A stretch of DNA of 28,105 nt from a virus (taxonomy: Duplodnaviria > Caudoviricetes). Positions 14,633 through 23,569 of this stretch are shown here, piece after piece. A program made the translations under genes and the position numbers. A model generated the notes under the pieces. That model had not been told where the DNA came from and did no database searches. It saw only the letters and a list, made by a program, of their open reading frames with translations. Each line of letters starts with the position of its first letter. The first letter of the stretch is position 1. The stretch is taken from positions 1 to 28,105 of IMG/VR virus record IMGVR_UViG_3300017716_003048; one strand, 5' to 3'.

Positions 14633-15605
14633 TGTCATCCTCCGAGAGATCGGCTTTGGTTTCGGTGCGTGCTTTGCGCATGTCTTCGATCAAGCGGCGG
14701 CGCGATGTCGTGCGCCCCCCGCGTGATCCGTTCTCTTGCGCCTCTTTCCGCTTTGACATCGCCATCTGGACCGCAAGCAGAGCCTGCGCGCCAACAGAGC
14801 CGCAGGCTTCGAGCAGGATCACCCAGAACAGCGCGAAGGCGTCACGGAACGTCACGCCATCGAAGCCAGCGAAATAGCGCGCGGGAGCCTGGAACACCGC
14901 AGGCAATGCCGGATCACCGATGGCCGCTTCCGTCGCCTGCTGACGCGCGCCGAGCCTGTCGGTTTCAGCCGCCGCAATCTTCGCATCCTGCTCGTCCAGC
15001 TTGGCCTGCGCCTCGGTCTGGTATTGCGCGATGTTCTTTTCGTAGGTCGAGACGTCATCGTTGCGGCTGTTGCCGTCATCAAGGACGAGGTTCATCGACT
15101 GCCGCGCGGCTGCTACCAACTGGTCACGGTCGGCGCGTATCGCCACCTTTTCCTTTTCGGCGCGTGCAATGATCGTGTCGGCGCTTTCTGTCGATGCGCT
15201 TTCGGTCTGCGTAATCGCTGCGCCCTTGCGGTAGTGGTAGTCATTGCCCTCGGTCACGAAGCCAAGGGCTGCGACACCGCACGCGATCAGCCCCATGACC
15301 CAGATAAAGCGCAGCGTGCGGCCGGCAGCGGGGTTGATCTTGTTGGTTTTCAACCAGACAATCGCGAGACCGCCGAAGATGACGAACGTACGGAACACGA
15401 CCCCCGCAGCCATGAAGCTGGTTTCCATGCCGGGCGGGGCGAGGCTGGAGTAGAATTGGCTGTCCCAGACGTAGAGCGTCAGGCACGCGACCACGACAGC
15501 CGCCCATAGCGCCGAGAACGTCACGAAGCTGACAGTGAACGCGGGAGCGTGATCCCTGACCCAACGGCCAGCGGATGCCCACTCGGCTTTCGTGGGGGCT
15601 CTCAA
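14595..15605 (-). CDS. Polytopic membrane protein: 3 TM + long coiled coil + TM + basic tail
   Basis: Hydrophobic segments visible around a roughly 150-aa charged helical region. TTG 15605 is coupled to the upstream stop (alternative start 15632). Confidence 0.8.
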   Translation of the reverse strand: MRAPTKAEWASAGRWVRDHAPAFTVSFVTFSALWAAVVVACLTLYVWDSQFYSSLAPPGMETSFMAAGVVFRTFVIFGGLAIVWLKTNKINPAAGRTLRFIWVMGLIACGVAALGFVTEGNDYHYRKGAAITQTESASTESADTIIARAEKEKVAIRADRDQLVAAARQSMNLVLDDGNSRNDDVSTYEKNIAQYQTEAQAKLDEQDAKIAAAETDRLGARQQATEAAIGDPALPAVFQAPARYFAGFDGVTFRDAFALFWVILLEACGSVGAQALLAVQMAMSKRKEAQENGSRGGRTTSRRRLIEDMRKARTETKADLSEDDNGNRDTTPKAAE

Positions 15606-16009
15606 CGCCCCATTCCCTGAAACTCGGCCCATCGTTCAAGGCCGAGCTGCAACACCGCGAAGCAGCCAACGGCCATGAGGACCCATCCAGCAACCGGGAT
15701 GCGCGCCCACATGCTGCCTTTCTGGCTGTCCTGTACCTGCGCAATTTCGCGCTTGTGCGTGGACAGGTCAGCGCGGAGATGGTCGATGGCTTCCACGAGC
15801 TTCTGGAGCCCGTGGCGCACTTCCTGGCTATCGGACTGGAGGGAGGCGAACTTCGTGCGCATCTCGCTCTCGATGGCGGTCACCTTTGCTGCGATCTGTT
15901 CCACGTCTTCTCCGTTTGCCTTGCGCTTCCTGAGCTGTTCGAAGTCCTCCGCAACCTCACGCAATTCACGCTTGAGCGCCTTGAGGCGCTCATTGAAATC
16001 GTCATCCAT
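15602..16009 (-). CDS. Coiled-coil protein with C-terminal TM anchor (XhlA-like architecture)
   Basis: About 95-aa heptad-rich region followed by IPVAGWVLMAVGCFAVLQLGL. Confidence 0.8.
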   Translation of the reverse strand: MDDDFNERLKALKRELREVAEDFEQLRKRKANGEDVEQIAAKVTAIESEMRTKFASLQSDSQEVRHGLQKLVEAIDHLRADLSTHKREIAQVQDSQKGSMWARIPVAGWVLMAVGCFAVLQLGLERWAEFQGMGR

Positions 16010-16035
16010 TGTTCCCAGCCTTTTAGGTTCGTGCG

Positions 16036-16695
16036 TCAGGCGTCGAGCCAACGCCCCAGCGTCTGCCGTCTCTCAAGGTCTTGCAGTTCGGATTGCTCCT
16101 CGCCCGTGAGGCCAAGCGAGCCGTCCTCGTTCACCCGGATTTCCGGGGCCATCAGGTAGTGGCGCAGCTCCTTGAGACGCGCAGACAGACGCGCCTTGGC
16201 GTCGTCAAGCGTCTCGTCTGCAAGCATCAGGTCAGCGAAGTGCGTCTCCGGCTCCGGATCGGGCGTCGGCTCCGGTATCGTCTCAAGCTCCGCGATGCGC
16301 CGGCGCAGGGCTTCGTTCTCTGCGGCCAAGTCAACCGTCGGCGCGGGCTCTGGTTCGGGCTCAGGCGTCACGATGACAGGCGCGGGCTCTGGCTCCGCAG
16401 CCACGAACGCCACGAACTCCGCATCCGCCGTAACGCGATCGATCGTCGCCACGGTCGATCCGTCTGGCCCCTTTGCGACGACGCGATAGTTGATCTCGTC
16501 CCAGAGAAACACGGGCGGGAATGAGCCATCCGGCAGGGCCGCCACGAACGAGCCGTGCGAGTGCTCGCGCGAGGCGCTGCAATCCTCGGTCTTGTAGGCG
16601 TTCGCCGGCCACTTGTCCTTGTCGGCGTTGAAGAACTCCAACCATGCGGCGGGGAATGGACAGGAGACGGTGCCGTCTGAAGCAAAGGCGGGCAT
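16036..16695 (-). CDS. Hypothetical protein with PE-rich linkers, downstream of the tailspike
   Basis: AAGGA SD. Globular N-terminus, EPEPAP/PEPEPEP linkers and a short coiled coil. Confidence 0.8.
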   Translation of the reverse strand: MPAFASDGTVSCPFPAAWLEFFNADKDKWPANAYKTEDCSASREHSHGSFVAALPDGSFPPVFLWDEINYRVVAKGPDGSTVATIDRVTADAEFVAFVAAEPEPAPVIVTPEPEPEPAPTVDLAAENEALRRRIAELETIPEPTPDPEPETHFADLMLADETLDDAKARLSARLKELRHYLMAPEIRVNEDGSLGLTGEEQSELQDLERRQTLGRWLDA

Positions 16696-16704
16696 GGGAA
16701 ATCC

Positions 16705-18531
16705 TTACGTGAGGGTGATGCCGAGGGCGCCGGTTGTGTTGAACCGGAACAGACGCCCAACGCCTGTAATGCCCGCCGCCGCTGCTGCTTGATCCGCATA
16801 GGTTGGAACGTCTGCCAGTGCGAAAATGCTCTCGATGTTATCGCATCCAAGCGCAGAGACGATCTCGTTACTGTCGTCGGTGATCGTTGTCGCCTTGACG
16901 TTGGTAAGGCGGACCTCGGTGCAGGCGTCAGTGACAAAGCGCAGGGTGTCGGAGCGATGCCCACCCATGATCTGCAACCGGGCGCAAGTGCTGGAGAACT
17001 CAGCCACACCGACGAATGTAAACGTTGCGCCAGATCCCGTGCCGCCCGTGACAGAGAACGGCTCTGATGGATAGGTTGAATACAGACCGACGTTCGACAC
17101 TGTGACCGTCGCCACAGCCGATCCGCTCAGCGTTGCAACCGTCAGTGTTGCCGCAGTTGAGCCTGTACCGCCAACCACGGTGAGCACATCGCCAACCGTG
17201 TAGCCGGTGCCGCCTGCCGATACCGTGGCGCTCTGGAACGTGCCGCTGTCCCATGCGCGGACATTGCCCTCGCAGCCGATGAGCTGCACATCAGCCGAGC
17301 GGAAAACGCTGATATCAACGTCAACGTTCGAGACGCCCTGAAAGCCGATGACTAGACAGCCATTCGAGGACGAGTCGATCTCTATGCCGCGCACCGTGTT
17401 GGATGCTGCATATCCTCCATACACCTTGCCATCAACGCAGTCGAAGAAGTCGAGGCCAGAGATGCCGTTGGAATTGTACGTCCCGCCGTGAACCTCGCAG
17501 CGATCAGAGCCGTTGTGTTGCAGCCCGTGGCCCAACGTGTTGGAATTGTACGTCCCGCCATAGGTCTTGCTGTCCGGGCTGTCGATGATCTGAAGGCCTG
17601 CGCCAGCGTAAGAGAGGCAGTTGCCAACCGCATAGACGCCGTGTGATTCGAAGCGATCCGACGCCGCAGCCACAAGCCCGCCATTGCGCGTGCAGGCCGT
17701 GAACCATGAGCCGAAGTCGCGCGCGTCGGTATGCGCAGACAGCACGTAGCCATCATAGCAATCATCAAACCAGCAGTTGTGGAACTGCCCGCTTGATCCG
17801 CCACCGACAGACGAGAACCCAGCGCCAACAGGGGAGCCGGAAAACTCGCCACGCGCGCCCGTGACCTTGACACGTCGAACCTGCCAGCGCGAGCAGCCGC
17901 TTTCGAGGCGGATGCCAGTGTGGGAGCCAGAGCCCGTATTGTTGGCGCGGTTCTGGTTGAGGGTGAAATCCTCGTATATCATGTCATTCTTGGCGGATGC
18001 ATACAGCGCGTAATCGTTCAGGCTGTTTGCGCGATACAGGATGGTCGCACTCTGCCCCGCGCCGCTGAGACGGTTCGACCGCGTGTGCGTGATCTTGTTG
18101 ATGTACGCCGTGCCCTCGGGAAGCTGGACCCAGTAGTTAGCGTCAAGCGCTGCCTGTAGCGCCGTGGTGTTTGCGGTCGCGTCCGAGTTGCCGCCGCCGA
18201 CTTTGAAGCCGAACGCAGTTGCGCTGACAGGCTCAGCCAGGTCAGGTTCTGCGGGGACGTAGACCGTGTCATACGTCACCGCCTCGGCCGCATCCGTGAT
18301 GGTGAATGCGTAAGGCAGCGACGGGCTGATGTAGACAACGCGCCCGGATGCACCCAGCGTCACGGGGTTGGCCGCAGCCGTCGTCAGTGCGGCGTCAGTG
18401 TAGAACGTGCGGCGCGTTGCGGTCGGTGCGCCGGCAGATGTCGGCACCCAGCCGTTGAGCTTGAACGAGGACGCGACTGTGCCGTTGGCTGCGACAGCGG
18501 GAATAAACAGCGGGACGCCAGTTGCGGCCAT
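16705..18531 (-). CDS. Tailspike / polysaccharide depolymerase (right-handed beta-helix)
   Basis: N-terminal virion-binding-like domain (YTDAALT...NPVTL..SGR). Pectate-lyase-3-like start (ATAFG...DATANTTALQAALD...LPEG). Asn/Gly ladder repeats. Confidence 0.88.
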   Translation of the reverse strand: MAATGVPLFIPAVAANGTVASSFKLNGWVPTSAGAPTATRRTFYTDAALTTAAANPVTLGASGRVVYISPSLPYAFTITDAAEAVTYDTVYVPAEPDLAEPVSATAFGFKVGGGNSDATANTTALQAALDANYWVQLPEGTAYINKITHTRSNRLSGAGQSATILYRANSLNDYALYASAKNDMIYEDFTLNQNRANNTGSGSHTGIRLESGCSRWQVRRVKVTGARGEFSGSPVGAGFSSVGGGSSGQFHNCWFDDCYDGYVLSAHTDARDFGSWFTACTRNGGLVAAASDRFESHGVYAVGNCLSYAGAGLQIIDSPDSKTYGGTYNSNTLGHGLQHNGSDRCEVHGGTYNSNGISGLDFFDCVDGKVYGGYAASNTVRGIEIDSSSNGCLVIGFQGVSNVDVDISVFRSADVQLIGCEGNVRAWDSGTFQSATVSAGGTGYTVGDVLTVVGGTGSTAATLTVATLSGSAVATVTVSNVGLYSTYPSEPFSVTGGTGSGATFTFVGVAEFSSTCARLQIMGGHRSDTLRFVTDACTEVRLTNVKATTITDDSNEIVSALGCDNIESIFALADVPTYADQAAAAAGITGVGRLFRFNTTGALGITLT

Positions 18532-18547
18532 GCTCAGGCTCCAATGC

Positions 18548-18572
18548 GAAAAGCCCCGCTGTGAGGCGGGGC
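18548..18572 (-). terminator. Intrinsic terminator between the ejection genes and the tailspike
   Basis: Minus strand GCCCCGC-ctcaca-GCGGGGC-TTTT. Confidence 0.7.
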
Positions 18573-18597
18573 CGGGTCGTTTGTGGTGGGGGTGGGG

Positions 18598-21500
18598 TTA
18601 GTTTGGCTTGGCGCTCTGCTTGTTCCGAACCGCGACGTTCTTCGGATCAAACATCACGTAGTTACGCGTGCCAGACTTTGCCTCGCGTGACGCACGGTCG
18701 AGGAACTGCGCGCCCTTGATGCCGTTGGCGCTGAGTGCTTCGCTTGCCGCCTTGTCGTTGCCCATCGCCACGAGGATGTCATAGCCGCTGGTCTGCGGAT
18801 CAAGCGGGGCGTCACCCTTCAGCTTCTGCCAGGCATCGGCCACGCGGCTTTGAACAATCTCCGTTTGACCAGACAGCGGCGCATCGAGGTCGAACAGGTC
18901 GTCACCCTGCGCGTCAAGGTCCACTTCATAGAACGCGCCCTGCTTCTGCGACATATCCGTGGCGCGGCCCTTGTTCAGAGCATCCAGAGAGCGCTTGTAT
19001 TGCGTCGGATCGGTCCTGCCCGCCTTCTTTATCTCGCCCTTGAGGAACGCGCGGACCTTCTCGACGTCCCCGCCTTCGTGATAGAGTAGCGATCCGGCGA
19101 AATCCTCTGGCGAGCCGCTGTTCTGTCCAATCGACCGATAGAAGTTCGCAAGGTTCGGACGCTCGGCAAAGTAGAGGCCATATCCGCGCGACTGCGTGCC
19201 CTCTCCGCTGCCGACCGTCTCGTCAGTCAGCGCGAATTCGTCAAAGTCGTGCTTGCTGCCGTGATAGGCCCTGATCTTGCCGGGCGCGGGCGCATCGGCC
19301 ATCGGCTTCGGGGGCCAGTTTGTCGGAGGCTTCACGATGGGAGCCCCAGGCTTAGGCGCTAGCGCGTTCATCCCGCCACGCACGCCACGTCCTGCAATGC
19401 CGCCAGTGAGCGCGCCGCCTGCGCCGCCCATCATCCGCTCTTGAGCATCGACAACGCCGTCCCCGTTCTGGTCGGGAGCGGTTGCCATGCCGATGGCTGT
19501 ACCGCCTGCGGCTCCTATGGCTTCGGGGTTTCCACTCACACCAGATTTAGATGTCGGCAATCTGTACGGCTGAAATTCTGACCCGCTCAGAACGACACGC
19601 GCTTTCCGGTGACGGACATCGATAACGCGGCTTCGTCTCACGTTGTCTATAATGTCGGCGCGGCTTCCAACTACGCCGTCCGTCGAGCCAAACAGGTTCT
19701 TGTAGATCGACAGCCAGCCAGCCTTATCGATGCTCTTGTCCTTGGCGAGTTGGTCTAGGAGATCGTCAAAAACGATATCTTGGTCAAACGCCTGTGCAAG
19801 CTTTCCGGTCGCTTCATCCATAGGAAGGGACTTGCCTCCGAAGCCCGCCTGCTCTGGTCTGCGCGGAGCCAGCGCATTAGTCGGCGGTCCCTGCGGCGTC
19901 GGGGGCGGCTCCACGTTCAGCGCATTGCGTGGGGGGCGGTTGCCGTAGATGCGGGCGAGGTTCTCGTCTGTCGCGCCGCCGTAGAGCATTTCCGCGATGC
20001 GGTTGCGCTGGGCTTGCGTGTAAGCGCCGGAACGCGACATCATGGCCAAGGCGGCTTCCAGCGGGTTGCGCACGGTTCGGAATGCATCTGCCGCCATTTC
20101 GCCAAGGCCACGGTCTGCCATTCCGGCCTGAGATGTCGCAGAGCCTAGGTCCGGATCGCGGCGCTGGGCGTTCTTCAGGATGGTCTGGTCGGCACGAATG
20201 CGGGCCGTAAGTTGGTCCGCTGCATCCTGGCCAAACACAGCGCCAAGCACTTCGCGCATCCGCTCGCTGGACAGGCCGTCAATGCCGCGCGCCTTCTCGA
20301 TGTCCAGCACGATCTTTTCAACCGCGCCCATTTGCAGGGCCGTGAGGGGCTTGCCGGTCAGCTTCGACGCGATGGCGCGGACCTTCTCGACCGAGAGGCC
20401 GCCACCGGCAACCTTCGCGCCTTCCTTGCGAGCGCCCTTCATTCTGGGCGCGTCGGCTCCTTCGCGCACAGCCGCATATTCCGGCATCAGCTCGTCAAGT
20501 TCTCTGACAACCGCCTCGCGCGCCCTCAACAGGGCTTCGCTTGGCCTGCTGCCGCCAGAGAACGCCTTGTCGATTGGCCGATCCAGCGCACGCTTCACAA
20601 GATCCCATGTGCGCGCGTTGCTCGGGGCTTGGCCTGCGGTTGTCTGAAGGCTCTCTGCCTCCTTGATAGCCGCGCGAACATATTTCCCGACGACAGGGTC
20701 ATCCGCGAGCTGCATCAGGCGTTCGGAGTTTACGCCCGCATATTTCCCAAACAGCGCCTCGTAAGCGGGGCTGATTTCCTCGGACGCCTGCTTGATGGCT
20801 GCGTCAAGATCAGCCGTGACGGTTGCGGGGGTAATGTTCGTCGTCGTCTCGACGTCCGAGAACAAGCGGCCCGTGCGCGTGCGGGCAAGGTCAGCGGACT
20901 GCTGGCTTGCCAGTTCTGGCGCCACGCCCGATTGACGGGACAGGTTGACGCTGAAGTTCTGCGCGTTCTGCGTGAGGTCGGCCAGCACGGACGGTTTGCC
21001 GCCCTCTGCTCCACCAAATTGCGCCGTGTCGGCCGCCGCGATTTCATCAGCCGAACGGCCGGCAGGGGCAAGCAGGTTGCGCACGCGCCGAACAGCCACA
21101 GCTTCGTCAAAGCCACCGCCACGGATCGCGCTGCCTGCGGCTCGGTATCCACGCGCAAACGCACGCGGGAGGAACATTCCAGCCGCTGCGCCCGTGTAGG
21201 GGTTAATGATATCCGGCCCGCCGTTTCCGTCACCGCCAGATGCCGCGAAGGCATCACCTGCACTACCGGCAAACGCACCGACGCCACCGCCAACGATCCT
21301 GTCCGCATTGTTCCGCAGGAAACCGCTCGCCTTGGGCTCTGCGGGGGCGCTGAAGGGGGCGGGCTGCGGCTGGGGGGCTGCGGCTTGCGGAAGGGGCTTG
21401 CCCACGGGCGGGGCTCTGGTGGCCTGCACGGCGGCACGCTCTGCGCCTGCAAGCGTGGTGGGGGCAAGCGCGTTGCGGGGGCCGGTCATGCCGCGAAGGG

Positions 21501-22119
21501 TCATCGAGCCGGGAAGCATCTGCAGGGCTGCGAAGCTGCCATCTATGGACGCCTGCTGCGCGCCTTGGGCGGCTTTGCCCATGTCGCCTTCGATGAGGCC
21601 CGCGCCTGCCTGCTTCGCGCCCTGATAGGCGCGTCCGAGGTCGTCCACGGGGCTGATAAAGTCCACGGCCTCGACAGCGCCGCGCAGCGGATCGGCCTGC
21701 GTCGTGCGCGCCCAGCCTTCAAGACCACCGCCTGTCAGGCCCCTGACAGGAGCCTCAAGGCCGCGCGCCACGTCCGCAATCAGGCTGTTCGTGTTGCCCG
21801 TGTCAGCCATGCGCGCCTGCTGGGCCTGCGGCCGGGCATACCCCGACTTGGCAAGCGGGTCCTGCACATAGCCCATCGCCGCCATGCGCTGCGGATCGGC
21901 GGGCTTGGCATCGAACGCCGCGAAGCCGCCAGGAATGGCCGCTGCGGCTTCCTCGATGATGGCGTCAGTCTCGGAGCGGAGGGACGGCCCGGCAGATTTC
22001 AGCAGCCCGCGCCGTTGCGCTTCCTCGTAAGCCGCTTTCTTCTCGGGCGGGAGCAAGCCGCGCTTGTAAGCCTCTGCGAGCGCGTCGGCCTTGCTGACAG
22101 TCTGCGGTTGCGGCCCCAT
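18598..22119 (-). CDS. Large DNA-ejection (internal virion) protein with C-terminal ADP-ribosyltransferase-like (ART-PolyVal-type) domain
   Basis: Ala/Gly-rich helical body, third gene of the ejection cluster. C-terminal AYHGS..DFDEF...GSGEG...GYGLYFAE...A..Y...YEVDL...GIKG...NYVMFDP. Confidence 0.8.
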   Translation of the reverse strand: MGPQPQTVSKADALAEAYKRGLLPPEKKAAYEEAQRRGLLKSAGPSLRSETDAIIEEAAAAIPGGFAAFDAKPADPQRMAAMGYVQDPLAKSGYARPQAQQARMADTGNTNSLIADVARGLEAPVRGLTGGGLEGWARTTQADPLRGAVEAVDFISPVDDLGRAYQGAKQAGAGLIEGDMGKAAQGAQQASIDGSFAALQMLPGSMTLRGMTGPRNALAPTTLAGAERAAVQATRAPPVGKPLPQAAAPQPQPAPFSAPAEPKASGFLRNNADRIVGGGVGAFAGSAGDAFAASGGDGNGGPDIINPYTGAAAGMFLPRAFARGYRAAGSAIRGGGFDEAVAVRRVRNLLAPAGRSADEIAAADTAQFGGAEGGKPSVLADLTQNAQNFSVNLSRQSGVAPELASQQSADLARTRTGRLFSDVETTTNITPATVTADLDAAIKQASEEISPAYEALFGKYAGVNSERLMQLADDPVVGKYVRAAIKEAESLQTTAGQAPSNARTWDLVKRALDRPIDKAFSGGSRPSEALLRAREAVVRELDELMPEYAAVREGADAPRMKGARKEGAKVAGGGLSVEKVRAIASKLTGKPLTALQMGAVEKIVLDIEKARGIDGLSSERMREVLGAVFGQDAADQLTARIRADQTILKNAQRRDPDLGSATSQAGMADRGLGEMAADAFRTVRNPLEAALAMMSRSGAYTQAQRNRIAEMLYGGATDENLARIYGNRPPRNALNVEPPPTPQGPPTNALAPRRPEQAGFGGKSLPMDEATGKLAQAFDQDIVFDDLLDQLAKDKSIDKAGWLSIYKNLFGSTDGVVGSRADIIDNVRRSRVIDVRHRKARVVLSGSEFQPYRLPTSKSGVSGNPEAIGAAGGTAIGMATAPDQNGDGVVDAQERMMGGAGGALTGGIAGRGVRGGMNALAPKPGAPIVKPPTNWPPKPMADAPAPGKIRAYHGSKHDFDEFALTDETVGSGEGTQSRGYGLYFAERPNLANFYRSIGQNSGSPEDFAGSLLYHEGGDVEKVRAFLKGEIKKAGRTDPTQYKRSLDALNKGRATDMSQKQGAFYEVDLDAQGDDLFDLDAPLSGQTEIVQSRVADAWQKLKGDAPLDPQTSGYDILVAMGNDKAASEALSANGIKGAQFLDRASREAKSGTRNYVMFDPKNVAVRNKQSAKPN

Positions 22120-23567
22120 TAGTCGAGCCCCAGCATCGCTTTGAGTTCGTCGTCACCCATAGCAGCCGCGCCGCTCTCAGGCTTGGCGAGCAGGGGCGGA
22201 ACACCCACGCGCGTCCGTGTTGAGCCCGTCGCGCCTGCCGGCCGTCCCGGAAGAACGGGAGCCTTGACCGCCTTGTCTCGCGCGACTTGGATACCCTTGC
22301 GGTAATACCCCTGAAGCTCGTTTGCAGCTTTCAGCGCTTCACCAACAGAGATGTCCTGATTTTTAAGGCGCGTGATGGCTGCGGTTGCCGCAGCGCCTTC
22401 CGTCTCGGTAATCGCGCCCGCGCCGCGAAGCTGGTCGAAGGCGTTCAAGAAGGCTTGGCTCGTAACCTGATTGACCAGCGCCTGAATGTCCGCGCCCTCT
22501 GTGCCGGGGATGGCGTAGAGCTTGCCCTGCATCCCGTAGCGCTGACCGATGTTCCGGCTCTTGAGGTCGTCAATCGAGTTGATGGCCGTTGTGGAACGAA
22601 GCTCGATGCCAGGAAGATCAAACGCGGCCTGACCTTGCGACTTGCCTTGCAGTCTCGCACTCTCCACGGCTGCGGCGTTACCCGCAACGTCAGGGAGAGA
22701 CGCAATCTGCTGAGTTTGTGCGCCGGGTATTCTGCTAGCGAGCGTGGGGACACCGCCGACATCGACAATCTGCGTCTGCACGGGATTAAAGCCAAGGTCT
22801 TTCGTTGTGCCGTCGCGCATGACCGCCGTTGCGCGGCCCGTCGTCTGGTTAACATGCACGGACTGAACGCCCGACGCCCCGCCCTCGCCGTTTACCTTCG
22901 CCGCAGGCGCTTTGACGCCGGTGTCCTCCATCTTCCCGCTGGCGGTGTTGAACGACCAGTAATTGCCGTTTCCGCCGACTTCTGTCGTCAGCTTGTCATC
23001 GTCGGTTTTCGCAAGTTCCTGCTCTCTGAGCTTGAGCATCCCAGCTTCGTAAGCGCTCATCGGCTCCTGCACTTCCGGCGAAATCCCCGCCTGCGCCGAC
23101 AGCGCCGCAATCTGCCCGTCAAGCGCATCGTTCGTGAACTTCGTGACGTCCACCGGCATCTGCGAGACGTCCTGCCCGATGATCTTGGAGATTGTCGGCG
23201 CGTTCTGCTGCCACCACTGGCCGCGCCGCGCCTCGGGGAGCGCGCGTTGCTGCTTCATGAGCGCGAGCGTCTGTTTCAGCTTGTCGCCTTCTGCGGCCTT
23301 GTTTGCCGTCTCGCGCTTCTCGAAGCCTGCCGGATCGAAGCCGCGCTGGAAGCCATCGAGCGCAGACGCCAGAAGCGCATTGCGTGGCGGTCCTTGCGGC
23401 GGTGAGAACGGACTGCCTGCGGACGGCGCCATTGGCGATGCGGTCATTGGCGCTGCCGACATCGCGCCGGGCTGGTAGGCATCCGCCGAGACGTCAAAAG
23501 CGGGCGCAGGAGCGGGCGCACCCGTCGGCATCGCGAGCGGGTTCTTCCTTGCGGTGTAAGCAACCAT
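22119..23567 (-). CDS. DNA-ejection protein (P22 gp20-like position)
   Basis: Ala/Gln-rich helical protein, middle gene of the three-gene ejection cluster. TAATG coupling to the next gene. Confidence 0.72.
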   Translation of the reverse strand: MVAYTARKNPLAMPTGAPAPAPAFDVSADAYQPGAMSAAPMTASPMAPSAGSPFSPPQGPPRNALLASALDGFQRGFDPAGFEKRETANKAAEGDKLKQTLALMKQQRALPEARRGQWWQQNAPTISKIIGQDVSQMPVDVTKFTNDALDGQIAALSAQAGISPEVQEPMSAYEAGMLKLREQELAKTDDDKLTTEVGGNGNYWSFNTASGKMEDTGVKAPAAKVNGEGGASGVQSVHVNQTTGRATAVMRDGTTKDLGFNPVQTQIVDVGGVPTLASRIPGAQTQQIASLPDVAGNAAAVESARLQGKSQGQAAFDLPGIELRSTTAINSIDDLKSRNIGQRYGMQGKLYAIPGTEGADIQALVNQVTSQAFLNAFDQLRGAGAITETEGAAATAAITRLKNQDISVGEALKAANELQGYYRKGIQVARDKAVKAPVLPGRPAGATGSTRTRVGVPPLLAKPESGAAAMGDDELKAMLGLD

Positions 23568-23569
23568 GA

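Noticed and set aside
16705-18531. Diversity-generating retroelement or invertible tail cassette
   Set aside because: No reverse transcriptase, invertase or long template/variable repeat pair seen in the window.
20212-22122. 636-aa + strand ORF
   Set aside because: Antisense shadow of the ejection gene in high-GC DNA, with Arg/Gly-rich composition and no motif.
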